Of a DNA stretch of 64,000 nt, positions 38,001-50,625 are shown one piece after another. Below the pieces are notes generated by a model. It had not been told where the DNA came from. It searched no databases and saw only the letters and a program-made list of their open reading frames with translations. Numbering within the stretch: the stretch's first letter is position 1; every line of letters starts with the position of its first letter. Source of the stretch: Bugula neritina (Eukaryota > Animalia > Bryozoa); assembly GCA_964035545.1 (NCBI GenBank), contig OZ037767.1:26552628-26616627 (forward strand), written 5' to 3'. The translations under genes were made by a program, and so were the position numbers.

Positions 38001-41000
38001 TCATTGAACTCTTTATTAGCATGATATAAGGATAATTAAAATTACCATTTTGTATGAAGAGGTAACTGGTTGAAAGACTAACGCAATATGTAACAATAAG
38101 TATACTGCGTTTCCTTGCCATTTCTTTATCTAATGCATTTGAGTAAATGTGTATGATATATTCATGTACAAAAGTGCTATTGCATACATTTTTAACTTTC
38201 ATCAATACATTTTCATGCATCTGTCAGCATAATCTTACAAAGCAATATTATGAATTGATTAGTATCACTTCTAATTTTATCTATTAGAAATCTGTTAACA
38301 GGTTGTTAAACTTGAAGGACTTCAGGTTTTTGTTATCGCTAAGATCATTGAAGTTAATTAGCTGTAACTTGATTATTGAACTTACGTTGAATGTTTCTGT
38401 TTCCATGTTTGTAAAAATATCTTAAAACTGTTTTTACATGCCACATTTCTCACAAGTACAGAATGAATACTATTGGGTTATTATACTTCTTATTCCGGAA
38501 TATTGAGTTTACTGTATTATGTGAGAGCTCAGTGTGTAAATGCTAATAAACCATTGGACGAAGTACAACTACTTGTTTCACCCTGTCATTGATAGGTAGT
38601 CCTATTTCTGTTGCGTTCCTAGACGATGGTGTTGACTCTCTGGTATCAGACCACTATCAGACCCTAACAGACATGCTCAGTAAGCGGGTGGAGGAACTCA
38701 CATCTGGTCATTTCAAATCCTATACTCAGTTGTCAGTCTTACAGCAAACAGCCAATCACATTTCATCACACATGAAACACAACGAAGACTTTTTGTCAAA
38801 GATGTCTAAAGCTCTCGAAATAACAATGAACTCTTTAAGCAAACTCAACAAAACGATAATAAACAAAATTGAAGAAGAGCATCTTCAAACTTGGCTGTCT
38901 ACATCAATCACTTCACAAGGTTTGTATCAATGACCATTCATATTTGGTGTCTGATAACACTGGCCAATCAGATCACATGATCCATACTACCAGCCATTTA
39001 ACATTAAGTTAGTTATATAGTTTACATTGTAACGGAGCATTAATAATTTTGTATTCTTTTATTTAGTCATTTTGCATGCACTTGTATAATATTAGAGGCA
39101 ACTAATATATTCTACAACTATTTTAGCTTGTTTAATACAAGATTTGAAAGGCTGATTTAAAGTTTATTACTTTAATGTAAAGTATAATTTGAGTTACTTT
39201 GTGTATTCCAAGTTTATGCAGACTATAACGTTTCTCATTCTACTTCCTTAGATGCATCAGAACAATCCAAGTCAAGAGATTTGATGGCGAAGGCAGCCGA
39301 GTTGAGAGAAGCTGTTGCTGCCTCAGAGTTGCAGTTTGCTGCCGTTACTAAGGTGTGACATTCTATACTTGGTGTGACATTATTCTATATTTGATGTGAC
39401 ATTCTATACTTGGTGTGACATTATTCTATATTTGATGTGACATTCTATACTTGGTGTGACATTATTCTATATTTGATGTGACATTATTTTATATTTGGTG
39501 TGACATTATTCTATGATTGGTGTACGATAATGATTAAGACTAAAATATAATATGCCTTTAATATTGCTTTCTCTCTGTAAAATTGCATATGCGCTATACC
39601 TATAAATTGTTATTGCTAATATAGCAGCTAGGTTATATGCTACTTGATACACTATTTACAAGTTATATGCATAAATCTATAGGTATTTGCTTGTTCTTTC
39701 TAAACAGTTGTGTGCTGAAATGGAGGTGAACACAGCTGAGGCTCAGCAAATGGCTGTAGATGCCAGAATTGCTGCCGAGGAAGCTGCCAGAAAAGTAGAA
39801 GAGGCTGAGAAGGCAGCCAGAGAAAAGGTAGCCATTCTAATTTTATATTCAAAATACAGATTGTCTTTTCCCTGCACTAACTAATAGCAAGCACAGCTGT
39901 ACTGTGCCGTAAGCTGTGAAGGAATGCATAGATATAGATGCTGTGTGTGAGATGTATTTGATATGTTTAGAGTTCCCACAATACACTCAAATGTTTTACT
40001 GGTATGTCTATGTATTTATAATGTAGTTCTATCATTTGTAATTTCACCATCAAGTTTTGTATCTAGCGTTTATTATGGGATATCGGAAAACTCTTTCTGG
40101 TTGATATATTTTGCATGAAGCTCTTGATGTATCCATCTAGCATGTCATTTTAATCTGTGTTGTATCCATCTAGCATGTCATCATATTCTGTGTTGTATCC
40201 ATCTAGCATGTCGTCATATGTGTTGCATCCATTTGCTATGTCACCATTTTCTGTGTAGCAAACCATAATCATAGAATCAAACTTTCTTTGTGTGAATAGC
40301 ATTCTTATATACAATCTATTTGTTCTGCAACGGCAACGGGATATATAAGTTCTACGTTTAGTCACACTCTAAAGCCAACTGCTGCATGTTCTTGTAACTC
40401 TTGCCATGTTTTCATCACACTTCCTGTTTACTATCTAGGCTCGTGTTGAAGAAGAAAAACGACAAAAAGCCAAAGAGCTGGAAAAGCGACAACAAGAAGA
40501 AGAAAGAATTAGATTAGAGAAAGAAGCAAAACGCAAAGCTGAAATGGCAGAATTAAAAGGCACTCCTGAGGAACAAGAGAGGATAAATCCTGCTAACTGG
40601 CCAACATACACGTTAGTGTAGCTTTGACTATGTCAAATGCTATGTACAGTTATATATACCTACAATTATGTATTTACATTGTAGCATACAAATATAGTAT
40701 ATTGATGGTACTTGTTAATATATGGTGGCATTGAAAGATTATATTACAAGTATTAGTTGCTATATGACATAATTTAGGGAATATATTACAAATATATGCT
40801 ACTATATTATGGCAATGTATAGCTATTATATTACAAGGTAAAAGATACAACATAAAAACACTGTCTTTCAGCTACAGACTACAAACTGCCAATGATTTTG
40901 ATGCCTCATACTCGTGTATAATCCGAGCTTTGCCGGGTGTTTTGGCGCAAGATGATGTCACTGTGACAAAAGTCCACCAATTAGAATCCCAGCTGCAGCT

Positions 41001-44000
41001 AGAAAATAATGATGAGCTTATTAGCAATATAATTCAGCTAAAGCCATCATTGCCAACTAACGGAGATGGAGATGATGTTAGCATAAGCTCTCGCTCTTTG
41101 GAGGTAAAAAAGTTTAATGACTAGTTTATTTGATGCAGTAGTAAGGTTGAGTAGGGTATTTTTACTTTTTGGCATTTCAATAGAATTATCTTTTTAAAGC
41201 AAATTTATTGCACATGTTCGTAATGAGTTGTTGATAGTACTTCACATTGATACCAGGTGTATATAGAATGAGCAGTCAAACTATACACTTAAGTTTAGTA
41301 ATTTGTTGCACTGATTTGTTTGTTAAATAAATATTAGAAGTATTGAATTGTTTGCAGTTCATTATATCAATGGTACAGTTTTCATGTTTCACTTGGTTTC
41401 TTTTGAACCATCAACAATACTTTTCATTCATGATTTAATCAGGTTAATCTGATAAGACAGGAATACAAATACTGGCTCTAAACCTTTGCTAATTACAGTC
41501 ATGTTATGTAATAAAGGAGTTTTGCATGCACAATTGACTAATTCAATGTTATTATGTTTATGTATCCTGCTCATAACCGGGTATATGGTTGGGTTAATTG
41601 AGTTGTTTTAATCAAGTGTGCCTGTCAGATAATATAATAAATGTGGCATGTGTGAACAGGTATGTTTCAGTTGCGAACTATATTTAATTTGTTTCTATTA
41701 ATGCACACTATTTTACAGTTCATTGACCCATTGAACTTCTACTTAATTTATTTTCTGTATAAGCTTGGATATTATATTACCATGTTTCATGTTATATGAG
41801 GTGCTGACAAGGTGATGCTTAGTGTTTTCATGGGCACAGATTCTCTCTTCTGTTGTTCAACTGGCAGAAGTATTTTATAGACTCTACGATATAATATCGA
41901 GCATTGACTGTAAGACTCTGGCCTAAGGAAATGCTTTTGCTTCACTTAGCTGCAGTAGTGGAGAAATTGAAATAGCCTAAGATTTTTATTTTTTTCTAAA
42001 TTTTGTTTTGGGGGGAGGGTTGAAGTTCTGAAATGAACATAGCTTCTTTTGCTACATTTTCCATCCAAGATGCAGGTTTGTTTTAATTCTTGCACCTACT
42101 TGCTTGCTCATACTTTTATCAAATCTACCTTCCCTTTACCTTTAGTCTTTGATAAGATCAACAATGTAAATTATGTAAAAATAAAAGAAAATCTCTTTAT
42201 TCCACCTTTCCTGCCACTCGATCAGGGCATAGCGGTGAAAGGTGAGCAAAAGAAAATTAGCAAAGGGTCGGTTGGCTGTTGAGGGACTGTCTGTCTGTTT
42301 ATTTGGTATCATAATGCTTATTTCCAGAATATCGTGGCATCTAGTGAAGAACCTTTGTCTGTACTCCTCCCTCACTGCGCTCCAAGAAACACATCTAAAG
42401 AGATCATTGTTTTGTGGAAACCACTGCACAGCCTCACCTGGCAGGCAATAGATGCTAAAGACTGCAACATAGAGTCTGTAAAAGTAAGTTCTATATTCAA
42501 CTATTTAGTGTTTATTTCCATTTGCAAAATTTTATTAGGTCATGGAATTTAAACTGATTATATAGTTTTAAAATAAGCGTTGTTTTGTCTCAAGGACTAA
42601 TAAACAAGTACTGAATGATTTTAATCAGTAATAGCTGCTTAGTAACAATAAATAAATATTTTGCACAATCTCACGAAAGTTGTATAGTATTCATACTTAT
42701 CTGATAGGATGCAAAACTAGTGGAATGCAGGCCCACTGGGTTGGGTGTGTTTGCTGTGGTACACAGGCTGAAAACAGATAAATTTGCTTTCACCAAGAGG
42801 GGTGGGAAAGTGTTCTCCACCGTTGATGGCAGATTATGTGTTCAATGCAGACCTGGAGCTTTTAGAGTCAACACTCCATTCTCTATGCAGGTAAAGACAT
42901 TGAAACGACTAGATTGTATTTTCAATTATACTATGTCTACTTCTTTTATGTAAAGAAATGTAGCACGCCAAATCACATACCAGATTATACTTGGTGTATA
43001 AAAACTTGATTTAGTAAACTCCACCTGTGGATGAGCAGTTAATAAATCTTACTCACTATTAGTTTGCTGTTATTTGCTGTTGTTTACTGGAACAAAATAT
43101 AAGCTACTACTACTACTACTACTACTGCTGCTGCTACTGTTACTGTTATTACTACCATTACTACTGCTATTACTACTCTCTTCCTTTTGCCTCTGCTTTG
43201 TTCTATTTAAATATAATAAAGTTATTAATGTGAAGGTTTAGATACTGGGAACTACAACTTTTACAAGTATTTTACTATAGCTGTGGTGTGCATGACTCTG
43301 TTTCACCAGCTTTCTGTGTTGTAGATTCAACCAGTAGAGCTCGCCTCGGTGTCTGATGTGAAAGTGAGGTTTCCAGATGAATGTAGTGACCTAATATCTT
43401 CTAGTCCAATAGTAAGCTTGCAATTTCCTTCTTCAAAGCTAAATCGTCCAATCAGCATCATAACTCCCATACCAGCCAATTCAGCAAAACCCAAGAGACC
43501 AGCTACTGCTGTTCCTGATAAGGAAAAGCCCAAGTCTTCATCTCGACCTGCCTCAGCCTTTGGTTTGGGTTCTTACAGCAAAGAAGGTGAGTTATTCTAT
43601 CTTGCAGTGAATACCTCGCAAAGTGCTGCATGAGCTCCTACTGAATATCACTCGCTAGAGTTTTGGTTGCAATTTAAAAAGATGAAGAACCACTACTATA
43701 AATGTATGTAATACCTAGCAACTGTTTGTCAACCGCCAACATAATATTGTGGTTCAAGTATGTAATTTACGTAATTTCTGTGTTTTTCCGTATTTTAGTG
43801 ATGTCTTTTCACTCAGCATTTTTAAAAGTTTTCTGCACTATTTTAGCATTTCTCTAGAATGTAATATAGGTGCTACATTCATATTGTATTACAAGAGTTT
43901 TGAAAAAGAATATAGTTTCCATTATTTTGAGCTTCTTTTGATATAAATTATTAAGCCAACATAAATTAGGTCATATACATAATGCTTGTAGTAGTAAAAG

Positions 44001-47000
44001 TAGTAAATTACAGTATTTGTATGCTTGAAACAATAATACTGTAATAGTCTATATGTAATGTAAGAAGCAATGAATGTGCTTTTGTATTGTTTTTCAGACG
44101 TTTTTATGTTCAGTATAATTTATAGATACTTCTGAGAAAAAGAGTAAGTATTTGACAAGAAATAGAGAACTCACGCTATATAGTGGTGTGTTTGAGGAAT
44201 CTAATGCTAGAGCTAATGCATCTTTGTGCTGAGTGGATAGTGTCACATATTAGTATATAATCTGAAAATAACTTGGACCACAGGCTGTTAATGGTGCTCA
44301 TGATTGTCTCAAATAATTAATTGCAGTATTAAATTGTTTTACCTGTATAATTCTTTCTACATCAAAATAAATTCAAATTGAGAAATATATTTAAGAATAC
44401 TTTGAGGACAGAATTATAAGGTTTAGAAATTTTATAAAGTGAGTTTTTGATACATTTTTAATGTGTGGAATTTGATTCAATATTAAAAAGCTAGTTTTAG
44501 TCATTTTATTCTCATAATGAAACTGTAGACATTTTCACAAAATGTCACTACAGCTCGAATCAAATAATTTTATCCTAATTTGTAAATAAATCAAAAAGTT
44601 AAAATTATCGAAAACTTTTACGATATCAAGGCAGGTTTAACCCAAAATTCCTTCTCATTTGTTTAGCCTTTACATTGATTAATATTTTGTCACACAGAGG
44701 AGGAGGGAGATAACTTACACTTGCTGGCTCTCACCAATAATGGATATTGGATTGTGACAGATGAGATGGAGTTTACTCCTCAGAATAAGAAGGGAGACCT
44801 CATCTCTGTGAACACAGCTGTTATACCAAACAAGTAAAGTATTATATACCTCATCTCTGTGAACACAACTCTAATACCAAACAAGTAAAGTATTATATAC
44901 CTCATCTCTGTGAACACAACTGTCATACCAAACAAGTAAAGTATTATATACCTCATCTCTGTGAACACAACTCTAATACCAAACAAGTAAAGTATAACAT
45001 ACATAACTCATGCATTGCTCTGAACTTGTCATATTCATATCACAGATATCTATTCTCAATCTTTCAGTTCTCAACTTTCAGGTGTGATTATTATATACTA
45101 TGCTATAAATTATATTATAAGATATTAATATAGTATATTATAACATAGTATACTATATTATATTATATTAGAATTTCGAGCCCAGTAATTTATAAAAAAG
45201 ATTTCTCTTCTCTGCTGCTTGCTTATGGTTAAAATTTTTGCAAGAACCAGAAAGTATGGATTTTTATTCAGGCTTTGCTCAATATTCTGCTGGTAACATA
45301 TATTAAGAACTTTTAGTATGGCGCTAGGCTCTCAATTGACCTGTGGAGATTTAAGCAACTACTATATTATATCTTAGGTCAGAAATTCAAACTAAATATT
45401 TTAGGTTAGCACTTTTAACTGCTAGGCTAGGACTGCTTCTTATATTACTACCACCAACTCTTGAAACTTTGTCCAGAATTTTAAATATCATATGTCAACC
45501 TAAATGCCTATCATTTTACGGAACACGTTTAGCTATATTTAGAACAATGAGTAGCATGTAACATATCACCAGGGTTTCTGTATTTTAATTTCTAACAGAT
45601 ACTGGTTACTGAGGACTAAAGCTAGCACAAGTAGCACTAAAGCTGAGCTAATAGCAAACACTCTCTACGACTATTTACACAAGAGAGTTGTCCAGTTTAT
45701 AATAAAGCAGAAAGGAGACGATCCCACAGATATTGCCCTGGTGTGCACTCCAACTCTCAAGTTTGACAGGACAGTCAGACGACTGGAAGACGAAGGTTCG
45801 TCTGAGTCAGTTTTAAGTCTAAGGTCAGCTTTGAGTCAGCAGTCAGCTTTGAGTTTAATATCCTTTTGTAGATGTGATATAAATATCTGGGAAAAATATT
45901 AAAACATATTTGATGGCGATTAGAACATTTTGATTTAGGTGCAGTAGTAGAGAAATTGAGATAGCCTATGTTCTTTAATTGTATTATTAAATTTCGGCTT
46001 GAGGCACAGGTTGAAATTTGTTCGCGAACATCACTTTTTTTGCTACATTTTCAAAATAGAACACGGGCTTTTCTCAATTTCTCCACTACTGCACCTACCG
46101 CAACATTTTCTAGGGTATTCTGAAGCAATGAAACTTTCACCTGAAGTGTTTGTGAGAGAAGGTCAAAAGATAGAAATAAAATTCAGAGGTAATCTACAGC
46201 CTGATGAAGAAGTGGATTTAGTGTTACCTTACAACTCACATCTGAAGACACAAGTCAATATGTATATTGCCGAGATAGATAAATATGCGCAGAAGAGCTT
46301 CAGCTCTTACAGGGGATTTGCTCAGTTCTATGTTGAAGGTAAATCACACTTATATTTGTTAGTTTTTTCTCTTTTTTATAATTTTTGTAAGTAATTTTTT
46401 TAAAATGAAGCAGGCGCCTTTTTAATTTTAAGTTAGGTTTAAGAGGCAACAAAATTTTGGTAAAGTTTCTGTTTTGTAATGTTGTTGACTGACTTTCTTT
46501 TAAGTAAACATTTGATATCAATACTAAATCTGTAACAGCTTTTAAAATGTATCCTTTGAATCTCAAGTATTTTTTAAATAACTCATATGTGTTTTAATCG
46601 ACCGAAAAAATCTACTACAAAACTCACCTAATAGAAATGATAACTACGTGTTTATTTAAGCTTCTACATAATATTAATATAAAATAGTAACATATCATCC
46701 CAACCCATATAAGTGGTAATCAACCTGAAATTGACAATAGAAACCTACCAATAAAATCACAAGACAAAAATATTTAGGAGCAGTATAATTAGCAAATTAG
46801 TTACCAGCTTTTGACCAACCAAGGTGTGCTGCTTTTATTTATCAAATTTAAATATAAAATAATAGTTGAATTTCAATGTGATTATCTACAGAAAGGAGCC
46901 GAGATGCAATAAACACAGGTAAAGGTTTCTTTAGCTAGCTGATATATTTGGTTGATGCAAGATATGGAGAGGTTATCTCCCCTGTTGTGTTGGTCAGGTT

Positions 47001-50000
47001 GTCATTGACAGCTAGCCTTATTTAATGCTTTCACCCCATTTGCTACACTAGAGGTGTTATTTTGGAACGACTGCAGTGTTTTATTGAGATTTTATATTCA
47101 CATTTTAAATATTGTTAGTTCTATCTTCAACTCATGTAACGTTAATCTAGTCCTACATTCACTAAATATCATTGCACCCTTCAGCTCGCTATATATATTA
47201 CCTTAATATCTAACTAAGTAGATGTCAATGTTATTATCAGTGCAAACCATCTGCTCTCAAGTCACCAAATACTGACTAACTCCCTGAATGTTACTTTAGC
47301 CATTCTCAACCATGACACCTTAGCTGCTGCTTTACTAATGCAGTGCTTGTTTTTTTAACTCAACATGTACACTATAGTTTATTTTGTTGCCGCTCATACT
47401 TGCAAGCTGTCTAAACAAAAAATGGTTGATAGCTAATATTATCATGAGCTTTACAAAGCTATGCAAAAATAATAATACAGTGTCACTTATTCTACACGAC
47501 ATCAATAGATTTATATATAATTATTCTGAATGACTCTAATATCTGTATAAAGCTGTTTTCTCTGCATTATCTCTTACAAAGTTTTCTAATTACTTGGCAA
47601 TAAGATATCAACAGATTGGTACATCTTTGTACATATTCTAACACAATGTACCCATCTTTGTACATGCTCTAGCATTAGGCACCATCTTTGTACATGTTCT
47701 AGAATGATCCATCATCTTTGTACATGTTTGAACACATGCACCAATTTCAGGACTGGTTACTCGAGAGATTTATGAAGATCCTGATAAGAAAAGGGGAGAC
47801 AGGAAATCAATGGGAACTGAAGAAGTTTGGGACACCATCATGTTATCTGAACTACTAATCAGTCTACCAAAACCAGAGCCAGAAGCTCCTAAACCTCTGA
47901 AGAAAGCCAAAATTAATCTGGTATCAGAAGGCATGTATAAAATAAATAATTTATTGCTTTTTTACAATCAATTTACAATTACATTTATTTTAGCTAGATC
48001 TTGCAATTAAATAGCAAGGGAGCACGTGTGGTCTTAGAGTTAGACCGCTGGCTTAGCAAGCATAGGTCAGTGATTAGTGATGTTAGGAAAGACATCCAGT
48101 CATAATTGTTTTTTTTACCACAATAGTGAAAAAGTCTTTACCATTCGTGATTTTCACAGGGATGGCGACCGTAAACTCATGTGGGTTTATTACAATTTCA
48201 TTGTAGAGCTGCTTAGAAGCTCTACTCTTTAATTGTAAGACAACATATTGGAATTTGGAATAAAGAACAATATATAGTTTATGATAATGTTAAGTATAGC
48301 TACTGGTAGAGTCTAGATAACTACAAGGAAACAGAACTAGTTAACAATGCTTTGCTCTACACCTACAACTCCTTTGTGTGGTTCCTGGTTCACACTTTAA
48401 AAGCTGAACTATACATGCCTAGTGCTTAGTAGATTCTTTCTATTAGCAGGACCCATAGATGACAATCTACTAAAGCAGTTGTCAGGTGATTTAGGGGACG
48501 AGTGGAAAATGTTAGCGACCCACCTCAATGTGAAGAAAACTAGAATTCAGTCTATAATGCGAAACCATGTGAACTGTGATAACGAGCCAGTAAGTCACTT
48601 ATTTTATGCTGAATAACTGCTGTGCTATAGAAGCTGTCTATTCTATAGAAGCTGTCTATTCTATAGAAGCTGTCTATTCTATAGAAGCTGTCTATTCTAT
48701 AGGAATTGTCTGTTCTATAGAAGCTGTCTATTCTATAGAAGCTGTCTATTCTATAGAAGCTGTCTATTCTATAGAAGCTGTCTATTCTATAGAAGCTGTC
48801 TATTCTATAGAAGCTGTCTATTCTATAGAAGCTGTCTATTCTATAGAAGCTGTCTATTCTATAGAAGCTGTCTATTCTATAGGAATTGTCTGTTCTATAG
48901 AAGCTGTCTATTCTATAGAAGCTGTCTATTCTATAGAAGCTGTCTATTCTATAGAAGCTGTCTATTCTATAGAAGCTGTCTATTCTATAGAAGCTGTCTA
49001 TTCTATAGAAGCTGTCTATTCTATAGAAGCTGTCTATTCTATAGAAGCTGTCTATTCTATAGAAGCTGTCTATTCTATAGAAGCTGTTTATTCTATAGAA
49101 GCTGTCTATTCTATAGAAGCTGTCTATTCTATAGAAGCTGTCTATTCTATAGAAGCTGTTTATTCTATAGAAGCTGTCTATTCTATGGGAGTTGTCTATT
49201 CTATAGAAGCTGTCTGTGCATTAGTTGTGTTATATTTGTGTTCCTTCTACTGAGACTACTGATCAATTGGCAAAGTTATTGTTAAAATGTACTGAAGTTT
49301 TGACTATCTTATCCTGTAGCATTGCTGTGCAAATAATATCTATGCTTTCAGGCAATTTATGAAATGTTACTCACATGGGTAAAGAGAGTGCCGAGATCTT
49401 TGGATAAGGTCAAGGTCTTATGTGATGCTCTAAGAGCTGTTGGTAGACTCGACCTTGTAGAAGATGTGAGGGACAAGGAGTACGACTACAAAGAGCTACG
49501 AGCTGAACAGCTGAAAGGTACGTGTATACCTGCAGACTTGATACTTTAGGGTAAGGTGTGTTAGCTTTACCATAGCTAGATAGAGCAAAACATTGAATTT
49601 AAAAGCAATACTCCGTACAATAGAAGGATCAAAGTTGTATCCTAATCATGGCAAATTACTCTGTTAGTTTCTAACTTTTATATTTACAATGTTGAAGATG
49701 GAGAAGATGGCTTTGCATTTATTACATTTCAGTTTATTATTCAATAGATACACTATATTGTTGGCAGCTTTCCTTATATTATAAAATACAAGCATATTAC
49801 AGCACGCATCAATAGATATTTTACCTGATGGCATATAAAGTGTCACACTACAGCATATAATAGGTGTCACACTACAGCATATAATAGGTGTCACACTACA
49901 GCATATAATAGGTGTCACACTACAGCATATAATAGGTGTCACACCACAGCATATAATAGGTGTCACGCTACAGCGTATAATAGGTGTCACACTACAGCAT

Positions 50001-50625
50001 ATAGACACCCTATTGTGATGCGTAGGGTCATACAATGACACATATGACTTCATACATATTGGTATCATGGGATATTTTAAAGGATCATTTAATAACCTAT
50101 TTTGAACTACACGTCATATTTTATGTTATTTTACAGAAAACCTTTTAAAAGTAATATTTGTAAAGATAGCTCAGCATTCAGCTGGACTAACACGGTATGG
50201 CGAGATAGCTGCCATTCTAAAAGTATCAGATGAAGGTTTGTAGACTTAAGCTACGTTTAGTAATAATACTTCTGTAATAAACATGCTACATTGTACATAT
50301 ATTTGTCTACCGTGTGGTTATGACTATTTTAGTTAGAATTATGATAAAGAGATGTAAATCAATATTTGCTTATTTAATAATTCTTACTAGTGACAAATAA
50401 AGTTATTTTCTTGCAGAGTTGCGAAATATAGAAAATGAGTATTCAAACGGTAGAGAGAGGTGTATAAAGATGTTAGAGAGTTGGAGGAATGGGGCAGGGG
50501 AATCAGCCTCCCCTAACACTTTACTCAGAGCTGTTAAATATCTCAGGCTAACAGATCTTGCAGGTGGGTTGAAAAAGTTGAGGCACAACCTAGCAGAGAA
50601 TTCGTCTCTCAAAGACACACTCTAA
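35064..50625 (+). CDS. DTHD1-like death-domain protein: Ubl - acidic microexons - coiled coil/charged helix - ZU5 - ZU5 - UPA-like - DD - DD (~21 exons)
   Basis: Exon 1 35064-35094. Ubl exon 35392-35634 (LKESIEEVEGIPVQQQGIILNGKEL...TLQLVV). Microexons 36766-36800, 37161-37220, 37877-37927. E/K/R-rich helix 39708-40611. ZU5-like segments ELISNIIQL, EPLSVLLPHCAP, RGGKVFSTVDGRLCVQCRPGAF, SSPIVSL..KLNRPISIITPIP. Death domain 1 LLKQLSGDLGDEWKMLATHLNV..MLLTW..LCDALRAVGRLDL (48450-49518); death domain 2 ..ERCIKMLESW..LLRAVKYLRLTDLA (50136-50625). Confidence 0.8.
39353..39515. repeat. Alternating 19/22-bp tandem repeat starting exactly at a 5' splice site
   Basis: AAG|gtgtgacattctatacttg-gtgtgacattattctatatttg-atgtgac... 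repeated about 8 times. Confidence 0.85.
41950..42070 (+). repeat. Dispersed repeat fragment (related copies at ~45940-46055 and ~35698-35730)
   Basis: Shared gcagtagt(g/a)gagaaattga(a/g)atagccta ... ttttgctacattttc; class not determinable. Confidence 0.55.
44797..44995 (+). repeat. 51-bp x4 tandem duplication of an exon 3' end plus donor site
   Basis: acctcatctctgtgaacaca..taccaaacaa|gtaaagtat; GT donors at 44834, 44885, 44936, 44987. Confidence 0.92.
48018..48190 (+). mobile_element. tRNA-derived SINE-like element, same family (further fragment at ~50812-50895)
   Basis: Head gggagcacgtgtggtcttagagttag, core gtgatgttaggaaagacatccagtcataattg, tail acagggatggcgaccgtaaactcatgtg. Confidence 0.65.
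48626..49214. repeat. 18-bp minisatellite (ctatagaagctgtctatt), about 32 copies, in the intron splitting death domain 1
   Basis: Nearly homogeneous array; the variant unit ggaattgtctgttctatag recurs 180 bp apart (~48701 and ~48881). Confidence 0.97.
49840..50003. repeat. gtgtcacactacagcatataatag minisatellite (24-bp unit), copy A
   Basis: About 7 units; the same family occurs at 54036 and 56628. Confidence 0.9.

Noticed and set aside
42708-42780. PIDD1-like autoproteolysis in the ZU5 domain
   Set aside because: The HFS motif position reads GLG(VFAVV); the catalytic His and Ser are absent.
48606-49253. 215-aa ORF of IEAVYS repeats; also considered as a CRISPR-like array
   Set aside because: Translation of an 18-bp minisatellite lying in an intron between two death-domain exons. 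There are no unique spacers or cas genes and the context is eukaryotic.
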